DNA from: Candidatus Endomicrobium procryptotermitis
GTDB lineage: Bacteria; Elusimicrobiota; Endomicrobiia; Endomicrobiales; Endomicrobiaceae
Length of the DNA stretch: 64,000 nucleotides
Reading direction: 5' to 3'
Assembly (NCBI GenBank): GCA_031279415.1
Contig: JAITIP010000025.1
Coordinates: 11,060-75,059 of the forward strand
How positions within the stretch are numbered: the stretch's first letter is position 1; the number at the start of each line of letters is the position of its first letter. The notes under the pieces were generated by a model that searched no databases, was not told the origin of the DNA, and was given only the letters and a program-made list of their open reading frames with translations. Position numbers and translations under genes: made by a program. Below, piece by piece: positions 11,085 through 21,587 of this stretch.

Positions 11085-12008
11085 TTACCTGCTTATAAAC
11101 GATTTTGCTTTTTCTTTCTTTTTTTCTTTAAGTATGACCGCCGTGTCTCCTTGTTTGAGTCCAGATAAAATTTCAGTAAATTTGCCATCGGTAACGCCTG
11201 TATTTATATTTCTTGTTACCAATATTTCTTTATTGTTTTTCGTCAAAGATTTAACGGTTACCGTTTTCTTTTTGCCTCTTTCGATTATAAAATTGCTCGG
11301 TATAGACCATGCACCTTTTTTTGATTCTGCGGTTACTGTTATCGTTGCAGTCATTCCTGCCCTGAAAACTTTTGGTTTCTTTATAGGCCTTATTTTTATT
11401 GCGTACACAGTTACATTGCTTACCACGGTCGATTCATAAGCTATATGTTCCACTATACCGCTAAATATTTCATCGGGGTAAGCGTCCAGAGACATTTTTA
11501 AATTATCGCCGATTTTTATATACCTTAAATCTGTTTCGTCAACATTTGCTTCAATTATCAAATCGTCCGCCATGACAAGTATTGCATCGGCTGAAGTTAT
11601 CGTTTGTCCGGGCTCATTGCTTCTTAAGATAATGAAGCCGTTCATTGGGGCAACTATCGGGGTTGGTCTGTATATGGTCTGCCATCTTTCGTATTCTTCC
11701 TGGCTTATAGCTCTTGCAGCGTCAACCATGGCGGCTCTTTCTCCGGAACTCATCCATACGATTACCTGCCCTTTTTGTACGGAGTCGCCTTCTACAACAA
11801 GAATCTCTTCGACTCTTCCAGAAAAAGGAGGCTTGATTTCAAGTCTGTTTCTTGGACGCACTTCGCCAGTTTCTCTGAACTCCACGTGCAAATCTTTTTG
11901 TTCAAGCTGCGTTTCTTTTTCAATAGCGGGCTTAGAAGGTTTAAAAATAAAAAATCCAGCGGCGCCTGCTGCAGCAATAAATACCAAAAAGATAAAGAAT
12001 TTTTTCAT
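11085..12008 (-). CDS. HlyD/MacA-type periplasmic adaptor (membrane fusion protein)
   Basis: 307 aa with an N-terminal TM anchor and lipoyl/beta-barrel-like sequence. A 1-nt gap separates it from the macB-like gene, in typical operon order. Confidence 0.85.
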   Translation of the reverse strand: MKKFFIFLVFIAAAGAAGFFIFKPSKPAIEKETQLEQKDLHVEFRETGEVRPRNRLEIKPPFSGRVEEILVVEGDSVQKGQVIVWMSSGERAAMVDAARAISQEEYERWQTIYRPTPIVAPMNGFIILRSNEPGQTITSADAILVMADDLIIEANVDETDLRYIKIGDNLKMSLDAYPDEIFSGIVEHIAYESTVVSNVTVYAIKIRPIKKPKVFRAGMTATITVTAESKKGAWSIPSNFIIERGKKKTVTVKSLTKNNKEILVTRNINTGVTDGKFTEILSGLKQGDTAVILKEKKKEKAKSFISR

Positions 12009-12012
12009 AATA

Positions 12013-13266
12013 TTATTTTCCGGGATGAACGAACCCCTCTCCTATAAAGTTATGCCATTTAGCTTTTTCAAGCGCTGCTGTTTTTTTTGCATCTAAAAGC
12101 GTTTTTTGGGAATTTATATAATCGTTTTCTATTGAATACCAATCCTGATAAGTGGACAAACCGTTGACATACTTTCTCTGTGAAATTTCGGCTTGCTGCT
12201 GTGCAGCTGACAAGTAATGTTCTCTTATAACGATATTTTCCATGGCATCGGCCAAGCCGTTATGGTATGCCATAGCAGCAGATTTGAGTGAATTGTTGAC
12301 ACTGTTTAAATTTTCTTTTGCTATTTTAAGCTGATTTTCCGCTATTTTCACATCGGCTATCCTTGTGCCGCCGGTAAACAAAGGGTATGAAATTGAAAGC
12401 CCGCTGTCCCAGCTGTTTCTGTCAGGCGACCATTTATTGCCGGAACGTCCGAAACTTCCTGTTAAACTTATCGTTGGCCACCATGCGCTTTTTGCTCTTA
12501 ATGACTGAGCTTCGCAGCTTTCGATATTATATTGCGCAGATAAAAATTCCGGTATTGAAACTATCAACGAATTATATTCTGGAACTATGAGATTTCTCTC
12601 ATTTAATGTCAGTTTTTCATCGGTTTCAAGAAGGACATCATCTTTTCTTCCGATAGCTTTAAGCAAAGCCGCTGAAACCGTTTCGATATATCTTTTAGCT
12701 TTTCTGAGATCATAAGCTGAAAGCTCCTCATCGGCTTCGACTCTTTTTAACGAGCCTAAATCGACATTTCCCGAATCATATTTCAGTTTTATCATATCTT
12801 TATTTTCCGCTCTTCTTTCAAGTATCTTTTCCGAAAGTTCGACAGTTTCATAAGCCCACATAAGATTTACGTATTGCGACGCGGACTCATATGCCGCGTC
12901 TGATACAGTTCTGTCATAACTTGCCTGCGCCGCTTTAAGTTCGGCAGATTTTTGTCTTACATCATTGTATGTGTCAAAACCGGAAAAAATCGAAAGGCTG
13001 GCATTTAAACCATAAGAATAATTTCTTGAAAAAATTCCATCATTCTCGCTCTGAGAAGCATTTCCACGAAAAGAAATGCCGGGCATATATCCACTTAATG
13101 CCCGGATATAAGCCTGTTTTGCATTTTCAAATCTTAATTTTGCCATTTGAATGTTCGGATTTTTTTCGTTTGTTTGTCTTGTTATAGTTTCCCAATCGAT
13201 TCTTTCTGCGATAGAATAAGAACAGGTAAAAGCGGCAAAAAATAAAGTAAAAAAAAATTTTTTCAT
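12013..13266 (-). CDS. TolC-family outer membrane efflux protein
   Basis: 417 aa with a signal peptide and two repeats of coiled-coil/beta-strand OEP-type sequence. It is first in the operon with the adaptor and the ABC pump. Confidence 0.85.
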   Translation of the reverse strand: MKKFFFTLFFAAFTCSYSIAERIDWETITRQTNEKNPNIQMAKLRFENAKQAYIRALSGYMPGISFRGNASQSENDGIFSRNYSYGLNASLSIFSGFDTYNDVRQKSAELKAAQASYDRTVSDAAYESASQYVNLMWAYETVELSEKILERRAENKDMIKLKYDSGNVDLGSLKRVEADEELSAYDLRKAKRYIETVSAALLKAIGRKDDVLLETDEKLTLNERNLIVPEYNSLIVSIPEFLSAQYNIESCEAQSLRAKSAWWPTISLTGSFGRSGNKWSPDRNSWDSGLSISYPLFTGGTRIADVKIAENQLKIAKENLNSVNNSLKSAAMAYHNGLADAMENIVIREHYLSAAQQQAEISQRKYVNGLSTYQDWYSIENDYINSQKTLLDAKKTAALEKAKWHNFIGEGFVHPGK

Positions 13267-13582
13267 ATTTTTCTAAAACGAAGCAAAATAATGATTTATT
13301 GCATTTCTTTTCAATGAGAATTATATCATATAAAATGCGGTTTTAAATATTTTTCTACAACGGGAAGGAAATGATGTATATTATTTTGTTTTATATATTT
13401 GTCATTGCAAATTTTACCGCTTTTGAAAAATATCAAACACTGTTTTATTTCAGCAGTTTCTTAAAAACTAAAATCTCTAATATGTTGTGATATTATACAT
13501 TAAATTGAAATTAAAGGCTTAAAAATGTAAAATATTAGACTAAGCTAATATATATAATATAGACTTTAAGGAGATTTCATAT

Positions 13583-14956
13583 ATGCTTACATTTAACAAA
13601 AAGAAAAATATTCTGGAACCAGAAGAATATCATTATGAACTTCAGGATGTTAAAGAACCGAATCTTTTCAGAGAAACTTTTCAATATACCGAAGTACCTA
13701 AAATAGGGTTTAATAATTTAGTAGTGCCTATGAACGTACCTAACGATATTTGGATTACGGATACTACGTTTCGTGATGGTCAGCAGGCTATGGATCCTTT
13801 TACTGTAGAGCAAATAGCCTATCTATATGAGCTAATGCATAAACTCGGCGGACATAATGGAATTATAAAACAAACGGAATTTTTTCTTTATTCCGATAAA
13901 GACAAAGAAGCCGTAAGAAAATGTCAGGAGAAAGGGTATGAGTTTCCGATTATAACTTCATGGATAAGAGCAAACAAGAACGATTTTAAGCTTGTCAAAG
14001 AAATGGGTCTAAAAGAAACTGGAATATTGACTTCCTGTTCGGACTACCATATATTTTTAAAACTGAAAAAAAACAGAAAAGAAGCTTTGGATATATATCT
14101 TGGCATAGTAAAAGCGGCGCTTTCCGAAGGCATCATACCGCGTTGCCATTTCGAAGACATAACAAGAGCGGACTTTTACGGTTTTGTAGTTCCTTTTGCG
14201 GTAGAGCTTATGAAACTTTCCAAAGAGGCGAAAATGCCGGTAAAAATCAGAGCATGCGATACGCTCGGTTTCGGAGTAAGTTATCCGGGAGCTGCAATGC
14301 CCAGAAATGTCAACGGAATTATGTTCGGGCTTACTCATCATGCAGGAGTTCCATCGGAATACATTGAATGGCATGGGCACAATGATTTTTACAGAGCTTT
14401 AAGCAATTCAGTGTCTGCATGGCTTTACGGCTGTTGCGGAATAAACGGTTCTCTTCTGGGAATAGGCGAAAGAACGGGAAACACGCCCGTTGAAGCTTTG
14501 GCTATAGAATATGTCGCTCTTAGGGGGACGACAAACGGAATGGATCTATCCGCTATTACCGAAATCGCGGAATATTTTAAAAAAAAGCTCAATTACGATA
14601 TTCCCAAAAACCAGCCTTTTGTCGGCGCGAATTTCAATATGACAAAGGCCGGCATTCATGCCGACGGACTTTTAAAAGAACAGGAAATCTATAATGTGTT
14701 CGATACTCAAGCAATTTTAAACAGACCTCCGGAAGTGGAAATAACCGACAGAGCGGGCCTTGCGGGAATTGCATTTTGGGTTAATACCCAGCTTCCGGGA
14801 CTTAGGGTTTCAGAAGAAAAAATTGATAAAAACAATCCTGCGGTAATCAAAATCAAAGAAGATATTGACGCTTTATTTAAAAGCGGAAGAACGACTTCTA
14901 TGACTCATGCTGAAATGCTTAAACTCGTTAAAAAATACCTGCCGCAATATGCTTAA
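13583..14956 (+). CDS. LeuA/NifV-family (HMGL-like TIM barrel) synthase, probably Re-citrate synthase / homocitrate-synthase-like
   Basis: 457 aa. ITDTTFRDGQQA substrate motif and HGHNDF metal motif. Its length and N-terminal extension resemble the Clostridium kluyveri Re-citrate synthase type, from memory. Confidence 0.7.
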   Translation: MLTFNKKKNILEPEEYHYELQDVKEPNLFRETFQYTEVPKIGFNNLVVPMNVPNDIWITDTTFRDGQQAMDPFTVEQIAYLYELMHKLGGHNGIIKQTEFFLYSDKDKEAVRKCQEKGYEFPIITSWIRANKNDFKLVKEMGLKETGILTSCSDYHIFLKLKKNRKEALDIYLGIVKAALSEGIIPRCHFEDITRADFYGFVVPFAVELMKLSKEAKMPVKIRACDTLGFGVSYPGAAMPRNVNGIMFGLTHHAGVPSEYIEWHGHNDFYRALSNSVSAWLYGCCGINGSLLGIGERTGNTPVEALAIEYVALRGTTNGMDLSAITEIAEYFKKKLNYDIPKNQPFVGANFNMTKAGIHADGLLKEQEIYNVFDTQAILNRPPEVEITDRAGLAGIAFWVNTQLPGLRVSEEKIDKNNPAVIKIKEDIDALFKSGRTTSMTHAEMLKLVKKYLPQYA

Positions 14957-15190
14957 TTCTGTAAAAATTCAAACACATATAAAAACGAAGATTGTATAAA
15001 AAATTGCAATACTGCAAATCAAAAACTTAAAAATTGGCATTTTTGTATAATACAAAAAGATATCACAAAGGTTTAAATTATCAAACCGCCTCAAATGCTT
15101 TTTTAAATATAAAATCTTCACCATGCGGGATATTTATACGTGAACTTGTCAAAAGTAAAATTATAATATTAAAAATAGGGAGTTTTTCAT

Positions 15191-15823
15191 ATGAGCGATG
15201 AAATTTGTCAGCTGTTTGAAGATAAAAGCTTAGTTTCAAGAATTAAAGTCAAATTACCACAACTTTTTCAATTGGCTGAGTTGGAAAGCTCAAGAGCTGG
15301 GAAAGTTGGAATGGAAGTAGGCTCTGTTCGAGAAAAGATTGTTAGTGCACTCCTAATATACAAATTTAGTGAAGAAAATGTTGAGACTGAATTACCAATA
15401 ACTGAAGCAGAAGTAGATGTTAAAGTATTTGGGAATCCAATTTCTATTAAGACAATTACCGGAAAAAATCTAAGTGGTGTAAAATTGATATGGACTGTTG
15501 ATACTCAAAAAGCATTAGAATTTAGTAGTAAATATATACCGTGTTGTGATATGATATTAGTTCAGATAAATTGGGATAATGTCGGTGGTTTTTATTATAT
15601 AAGTAAAGAGATTCAAAATAAGACGTTAAAATTGATCGGTAGAGAAAAATACATAAAGTTACCAAAGCAGGGAACAAATCCTAGAGGTGTTGAAATAGGT
15701 GTCGAGGCAATGAGACAATTAATATCAAATCCAGATACTTTAAAAATACCAATTGATTGGAAAAGAAAGACTATAAATTTTAAACCGTTTGAAAGATGGG
15801 TGGAATTATGGCAAAAGGGTTAA
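15191..15823 (+). CDS. Putative type II restriction endonuclease (family not recognised)
   Basis: 210 aa. It lies immediately upstream of the methyltransferase gene and overlaps it, with its own AGGGAG RBS. No housekeeping similarity. The assignment is by context only. Confidence 0.5.
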   Translation: MSDEICQLFEDKSLVSRIKVKLPQLFQLAELESSRAGKVGMEVGSVREKIVSALLIYKFSEENVETELPITEAEVDVKVFGNPISIKTITGKNLSGVKLIWTVDTQKALEFSSKYIPCCDMILVQINWDNVGGFYYISKEIQNKTLKLIGREKYIKLPKQGTNPRGVEIGVEAMRQLISNPDTLKIPIDWKRKTINFKPFERWVELWQKG

Positions 15824-16764
15824 CAACTACAAGACAAGGTACTTCTACAAGTGCTTTCGGTACAAATGGAAGAATAAACCACGACTCCGCAAAATTTTAT
15901 AATTCAAAGCTATATAAAGAATTGGAAAAAGAAGTTGACATTTCAAAAAAAGTAAATAGTTTTCCACACAAATATCTTAATACTATTATTCAGGGTTCAT
16001 GTATAAATATGAAAGAGATTCCCGATAATTCATTGCATTTAATGATAACTTCCCCGCCTTACAATGTTTCAAAAGAATATGATGATGATTTATCATTAAA
16101 AGAATACCTTGAATTATTACGGCAGGCATTTACGGAAACATTTCGCGTGCTTGTTAATGGTGGACGTGCTTGTGTTAATGTTGCCAATTTAGGAAGAAAA
16201 CCCTATATTCCACTTTCTGATTATATTTCAGAAATAATGATTAGTATTGGTTTTAATATGCGAGGAGAGATTATCTGGAATAAGGCAGCCAGTGCAAGTC
16301 CTTCAACAGCATGGGGAAGCTGGAAAAGCGCAGGTAACCCAACATTACGCGATGTTCACGAATATATTTTAGTATTTTCAAAAGGTATATATAAGCGGGA
16401 AAGAACAAAAGACGAATTAAAAATAAAAAAAGATACTATAGCCAAAGAACAATTTATGGAGTGGACAAAATCAATCTGGACAATGAATGCTGAAAGTGCT
16501 AAACGCATTGGACATCCTGCACCTTTCCCTGAAGAATTACCGAATAGATTGATACAGTTATATTCTTTTACTACTGATATTGTTTTAGATCCCTTTATGG
16601 GAAGCGGGACAACGGCTGTTTCTGCAATAAAATTAAAAAGAAATTATGTCGGATATGATATTAACAATAAATATATTGCATTGGCGAATGAAAGAATAAA
16701 GAATATAAAAATGAAATTCTCTGGCTATACAAAGAATACAAAAGAACGCAGGAACAATATTTGA
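15796..16764 (+). CDS. Beta-class N4/N6 DNA methyltransferase (SPPY motif, probably m4C)
   Basis: Motif IV TSPPYN precedes motif I DPFMGSGTT (beta-class order). An alternative start at ATG 15808 has a GGTGGA RBS. It overlaps the upstream REase gene. Confidence 0.85.
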   Translation: MGGIMAKGLTTTRQGTSTSAFGTNGRINHDSAKFYNSKLYKELEKEVDISKKVNSFPHKYLNTIIQGSCINMKEIPDNSLHLMITSPPYNVSKEYDDDLSLKEYLELLRQAFTETFRVLVNGGRACVNVANLGRKPYIPLSDYISEIMISIGFNMRGEIIWNKAASASPSTAWGSWKSAGNPTLRDVHEYILVFSKGIYKRERTKDELKIKKDTIAKEQFMEWTKSIWTMNAESAKRIGHPAPFPEELPNRLIQLYSFTTDIVLDPFMGSGTTAVSAIKLKRNYVGYDINNKYIALANERIKNIKMKFSGYTKNTKERRNNI

Positions 16765-16865
16765 TTGACAGCATAAACAGCATTTTGATAAGCAATTATA
16801 AAATCTAATGGTGGGAATATAAAAGGTAATAGAAAGCTTGCAAATATTTGCTGCCAATTAGGAAT

Positions 16866-16887
16866 TTGTCATCACAGAGGATGACAA
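16866..16887. terminator. Hairpin between the convergent methylase and hisS genes (likely a bidirectional terminator region)
   Basis: TTGTCATC-ACAGAG-GATGACAA forms a perfect 8-bp stem. Further overlapping GC hairpins (AAGCTGC/GCAGCTT) follow. Confidence 0.4.
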
Positions 16888-17028
16888 GCAGAAAGCTGCT
16901 TGCAGCTTTGTTTGAGAGACAGTTCTTGCAGATGAGATTATAACTTACTTGACTGTTTTTTTTGAAAAAATAAGAAACTACGATAAAAAGCCAATTTAGG
17001 TGGGAGAAAAAACAGTTAAATGCAGTTT

Positions 17029-18312
17029 TTACTTTTCCATCTCTGCTATTATCGTATTTTCGCCTTTATAAATTCCCCAATGCGTAAATCCTGTTTCTTT
17101 CAATTTTGCAAGCTGGTTTGCTGTATTTTTTTGTTTGTCAAAAATTGAAACTACACAATAATTTTCTTTAAGTTTTTCACAATAATGTATTATATCGCAA
17201 AAATTGTCGCCATAAGAGTAGAGCAAAGCCGCTTTTTTGATTTTTTTCCCGTTATTATCCGAAGCTGCCGAAAAAAAAGAATCGATTATTCTTTCAAATC
17301 CTAGAGAAAAACCGCATGCTGAAACATTCTGTTGTGAAAAACTGCCTATCATATTGTTGTAGCGTCCGCCGCCGCCAAAAGAATTTTTTTCATTTATTTC
17401 GTTGACTTCGTAAATCGTGCCTGTATAATAATCCATTCCACGCACAAGCGTTGGATCGAATCTGATATTTACATCTCCCAAAAGATTTTTTACTCCCTCA
17501 ATTATCGCTGTTAAACTTTTGCATGTTTTTAAATATTCTTGATCAGAGTCGTCTTTAAACAATAAATCTATGCTTTTTGCTGCGGATTTTAAACCTTCAA
17601 AGGTATTTTTTATATTTGAAAGAATATCTTTGTTAAAACCTTTTTTTCCAAGCTCTTCAATAATATCATCTAAAGATTTTTTATCGAGTTTATCCAAAGA
17701 TATGAGAAAATCTCTGTATTTGTCATCGTCGTTTATGCCGCAGTTTCTGCTTATTTTTTTTAATATTTGTCTGTCGTTGATTCTTATTTCAAAATTTTTT
17801 ATTTTAAGTTCGTGAAGCGTTTTGCAAGTAACATATATCAGTTCTATTTCGCAGTTTGGAGCAGGGTCACCTATAATGTCTATATCACATTGGGTAAATT
17901 GTCTGTAACGAGCTTTTTGAGGTCTTTCGGCTCTCCACACGCTGCCGATTTGAAAAACTTTAAAAGGTTTTGGAAGTTTATCTTTATAGCGGGCATAATA
18001 GCGAGCAAGCGGTATGGTAAGGTCATAACGCAGCCCGAAATCCGCTAAATCGTTTTCTGCAAAGGGAATATTTTGAAGCGCTTCTTTTAATTCGCCGCCA
18101 CGTTTGAGTACTTTAAAAATTAATTTTTCGTTCTCCCCACCTTTTTTCCCGAGCAAATTTTCTAATTTCTCAAGACACGGAGTTTCGATAAAATTAAATC
18201 CGTATTTTTTATAGATTGCAGTAATGGTGTTTATGACATTAGTTCTTATTTCTGCGGCAGCAGGTTCAATGTCGCGCGTTCCTGTGGGAGGTAAAAAGCT
18301 GTCTTTGTTCAT
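17029..18312 (-). CDS. hisS: Histidyl-tRNA synthetase
   Basis: 427 aa. Class II motifs: RYDLTIPLARY, FQIGSVWRAERPQKARYRQFTQCDIDIIG and GGGGRYNNMIG. Confidence 0.9.
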   Translation of the reverse strand: MNKDSFLPPTGTRDIEPAAAEIRTNVINTITAIYKKYGFNFIETPCLEKLENLLGKKGGENEKLIFKVLKRGGELKEALQNIPFAENDLADFGLRYDLTIPLARYYARYKDKLPKPFKVFQIGSVWRAERPQKARYRQFTQCDIDIIGDPAPNCEIELIYVTCKTLHELKIKNFEIRINDRQILKKISRNCGINDDDKYRDFLISLDKLDKKSLDDIIEELGKKGFNKDILSNIKNTFEGLKSAAKSIDLLFKDDSDQEYLKTCKSLTAIIEGVKNLLGDVNIRFDPTLVRGMDYYTGTIYEVNEINEKNSFGGGGRYNNMIGSFSQQNVSACGFSLGFERIIDSFFSAASDNNGKKIKKAALLYSYGDNFCDIIHYCEKLKENYCVVSIFDKQKNTANQLAKLKETGFTHWGIYKGENTIIAEMEK

Positions 18313-18506
18313 TTTAACCGCCTATGATTTTTTAACTGAACTATCCTTTGACATGCAGTAATACTTTCAATGTTCTAATATCCAATGTGTCTTTGTTTGA
18401 TGTTGGATGGATAGTCCAATTGTACAACTCTATGAAAAACTTGATAAACAATAAATTAAAATTTGCATAGCTGCTGCAAAGTATCTTGACTATTCTGATA
18501 GATTTT

Positions 18507-21506
18507 TCAGATACTTTGCTTTATAAAGTCTTGTTCTGCTTTATCGGTTACCTTGTAAATTTGAAACACTAAATCATCAATCTCAAAATCTGATTTTTTA
18601 ATTTCCATTTGATATGTTTTTTTAACTTGTAAATTTGTTTCCGATAATTCCTTTCCTTTCTTTTCAATAATCGTTTCAACCTTTGCAATCAAATCTGTTT
18701 CAAGTTTTTTATTATTGGTTTTGACGAGTGGAATACTCAGCAATGGCTCTTTATCCACTTGATAGCTGCCACCTTGTGTTTTCTTATATTTTAACCAAAA
18801 TGCAGCTAATGACGAATTCAATAATCCCGTTAAATATTTTAGGTTTATGCGAGATGTCTTGATAACATAAAATGCGGCAGATACATAGCTATTAAAATCT
18901 GTATAAGTAAAAGCAGGCCGTTTAGGGCATTTGCGGGCAGATATAATTTTTTCACCAATAAAAAAATCTTCTACCCGCGAACGATGCAATCCATATGGTC
19001 TATTATCAGAAACAATTATATCTTTATATAAATCCAAATGTGCTTTTAAATTTGGATAGGTGTTCATAGATTTTTTATCTTTGTATTTAGAAGTGGTATA
19101 AATCAACCAAATTTTATTATTTGGATTACCATAATATCGCTTTAGCAAGTCAGTGGAATTATAATATGGTTTGATGAACTTTTTCTCTTCGGCTGTCAGG
19201 CACAACAAATTTAATTCAGCAGTGGTCAATCCAAAAACCCCCTCCCCGGCTCTATGCCTTGAATTCTCTGCTTGTTTTTTACCAATAAAATCGAAATGCG
19301 GGTGGATTCCATTTGTCATTTCGTCTTTATCTAGATTAAAATTTCCTGCTTTTTTAATTTTATTTAATAATATGTGTGTATCATTTGACACAAATTCTAT
19401 AAAGTTATCCTTCAACTCTTTACTTTTTATGGCTGCTGATATTTTGCTAAAATATCTTTTGTCTTTCAATGAAATGGCAAGATTTTCAATAATAACTTTT
19501 TTATTAGTATTTTTTATGTAGTCAAATTGATAACTATTTACAGATTCCTTTGATAATATAAAAATCATTGTTTGAATACTTGCTGTTTGAAATACTTTAT
19601 ATTCATTAAAATCCACATAACTTTCGATCTTTGAATTATTTAAAATAAAGCCGCGCAGCTTTGCGGCGCCTGTATTTGTATTCCAATTATTTGTTGCAAT
19701 AAATCCAAGTTTACCATATGGTTTCAATAATTTAATTCCCAGCACAGCAAAGAAATACCATAAATCCATTTTACCTTGATAGAAATCTTTCAAATATGAT
19801 TGCTTAGGCAAAAGAAAAGGTGTTTTGTCAGTGGTGTTTTTCATATAAGGAGGATTACCAATTACACAATCATAACTACCAAATTTCCAATCATATGCTT
19901 TTATTTGCTTACGATTTTTGTCAGTATCATATAATCCATAGATATCTGAACCAACTAACGAGTTGCCACATTGTATGTTATTTCCCAAGTCTGGCAATAC
20001 CCGTTGTTCATTGTCAAATAAAGATAATTGTTTAGCAATAGCAGTATGAGTTTGCCCTTCTAATGCTTTCAATAATAATGACAGCTTTGATACTTCAACT
20101 GCTTGAGTATCTAAATCGATGCCATATATATGTGCTAAAAGAATTCTTTTTCTTTCGGTAATAGTTAATTTATAACTTTGTTCATCCCCTTTTACTATAT
20201 ATTTTTTATTTTTCTCTGGCGATTTTATGTATTGCTCTAAATACCAATCCAAAAGCTTTTGATATGCAGCAATTAAAAATGAGCCGCTGCCACAAGCAGG
20301 ATCCACAACTTTATAGTCTTTAATTGTATTGAGTGTTTTTGTTTCAAGCTGTTTTTCAATTGTATTTTCAACAATATAATCAACAATATAAGATGGAGTA
20401 TAATAAATACCGCCGCTTTTTTTAATATTGGGCTTGTCTTTTATTGTTACCCTTTTGCCGTTAATTTCAATTTCTTTTCCTAAAAATCTTTCGTAAACGG
20501 AACCCAAAATATCAGCAGGCATTGCATCAAATCTATATGGAAACGGCGAATATAAAGAATTTATTATATCTTTTAACACTTTATTGCTTATTTGTATTTT
20601 GGTTGATAATATATCCGAATCCTCTGATTGCTGCTGTTCATTTCTGAAATGAAATAATCCAGAATTATATTGTTTGTCTGATTGTTTAAACAGTTTTATA
20701 AGTTCAGCATAAATATTTTGCTTAGCGGCGATATTTTTGAGTTGGTCTTCCTTTTCAATTTCTCTATCTTCACATACTCTTAAAAACACAATTCGGTCTA
20801 TTGTCTTTTGCACCAATTCATTAAGATTATCCTTAATTTCTTGTGAGGCACTTTTTATTATATCTTTTGCTAACTTTTGCCGCCATTCTTCTATTGTGTC
20901 AAGAAAATCTTCATCAACACTTTTATTTCCTTTAATTGGAACAAGTCTATTATTGCCATTTAATTCATATTCTTTGGAAAAATAATCATATAATCTTTTC
21001 CAGTTTGCAGTCTTGCCATCATTAGAAATCTTGTCCAATTCATTATAATGAAAATAAAGTAATTGTGCGGTAGATGATTTATCTTTCTTTTTAGGTTTTA
21101 TTATTGTGTTATAAACTGCAAATTCCTCAAAATCTGTTAGTAAACAATATCGCATTTTACTATTCCACCCATATTCACGAACTTGAATAACAGGTTTTTG
21201 GTCTTTATCTATTTTTATAGCTGGTTTTTTTGCTTCAATATAAAATATCTTTTGTCCGCCAAACTGAATACAATAATCAGGTACTTTCCCATTCACATTT
21301 GGTTCAACAATGACTTCTTGATACTTTCCAATATAGCCCTCAGAATTTCTAATATTCCAGCCAAGACTCTCAATTAAAGGATCTAAAAAATCCTTACGAA
21401 TTTGTTCTTCATTATATTTCACACACTCTGCATAATTTCTTCCGAAAATACCAGCAAGTTTTTTAAACTCTGTGTGAAATTTTTCTGTTAATTTTGAGTT
21501 TTCCAT
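18507..21506 (-). CDS. Type IIG restriction-modification enzyme (N-terminal PD-(D/E)XK nuclease + gamma-class N6-adenine methyltransferase + C-terminal specificity region)
   Basis: 999 aa. Nuclease core VPDY...FYIEAKK. Methylase motif I VVDPACGSGSFL and motif IV VIGNPPYMK. Single-polypeptide Eco57I/MmeI-like layout. Confidence 0.85.
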   Translation of the reverse strand: MENSKLTEKFHTEFKKLAGIFGRNYAECVKYNEEQIRKDFLDPLIESLGWNIRNSEGYIGKYQEVIVEPNVNGKVPDYCIQFGGQKIFYIEAKKPAIKIDKDQKPVIQVREYGWNSKMRYCLLTDFEEFAVYNTIIKPKKKDKSSTAQLLYFHYNELDKISNDGKTANWKRLYDYFSKEYELNGNNRLVPIKGNKSVDEDFLDTIEEWRQKLAKDIIKSASQEIKDNLNELVQKTIDRIVFLRVCEDREIEKEDQLKNIAAKQNIYAELIKLFKQSDKQYNSGLFHFRNEQQQSEDSDILSTKIQISNKVLKDIINSLYSPFPYRFDAMPADILGSVYERFLGKEIEINGKRVTIKDKPNIKKSGGIYYTPSYIVDYIVENTIEKQLETKTLNTIKDYKVVDPACGSGSFLIAAYQKLLDWYLEQYIKSPEKNKKYIVKGDEQSYKLTITERKRILLAHIYGIDLDTQAVEVSKLSLLLKALEGQTHTAIAKQLSLFDNEQRVLPDLGNNIQCGNSLVGSDIYGLYDTDKNRKQIKAYDWKFGSYDCVIGNPPYMKNTTDKTPFLLPKQSYLKDFYQGKMDLWYFFAVLGIKLLKPYGKLGFIATNNWNTNTGAAKLRGFILNNSKIESYVDFNEYKVFQTASIQTMIFILSKESVNSYQFDYIKNTNKKVIIENLAISLKDKRYFSKISAAIKSKELKDNFIEFVSNDTHILLNKIKKAGNFNLDKDEMTNGIHPHFDFIGKKQAENSRHRAGEGVFGLTTAELNLLCLTAEEKKFIKPYYNSTDLLKRYYGNPNNKIWLIYTTSKYKDKKSMNTYPNLKAHLDLYKDIIVSDNRPYGLHRSRVEDFFIGEKIISARKCPKRPAFTYTDFNSYVSAAFYVIKTSRINLKYLTGLLNSSLAAFWLKYKKTQGGSYQVDKEPLLSIPLVKTNNKKLETDLIAKVETIIEKKGKELSETNLQVKKTYQMEIKKSDFEIDDLVFQIYKVTDKAEQDFIKQSI

Positions 21507-21587
21507 AATTTCATGCTATTTTAAACTATTTACTTCAATAAAGAACAACAAATACTTCACTTCAAAGAAATAATTCTGTTTTTTAAT

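Noticed and set aside
9147-12096. Long antisense ORFs inside the macB/adaptor genes (9147..9656, 9990..10316, 10725..11015, 11572..12096), and similar shadow ORFs inside other large genes (for example 2993..3334, 5612..6028, 24160..24480, 46363..46764, 62759..63127).
   Set aside because: They lie fully within strongly supported genes on the opposite strand. They have low-complexity or Ser/Pro/Ile-rich composition and no RBS or family similarity, so they are typical shadow ORFs.
17029-18312. Possibility that this class II aaRS-like gene is HisZ (the ATP-PRT regulatory subunit) rather than HisS.
   Set aside because: It has a full-length C-terminal anticodon-binding-like region and intact catalytic motifs. 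The hisG in this window (45989..46861) is the long, HisZ-independent form.
18313-18506. Looked for a T-box leader upstream of hisS.
   Set aside because: No AGGGTGGTACCGCG-type T-box sequence or specifier/antiterminator arrangement is visible on the minus strand.
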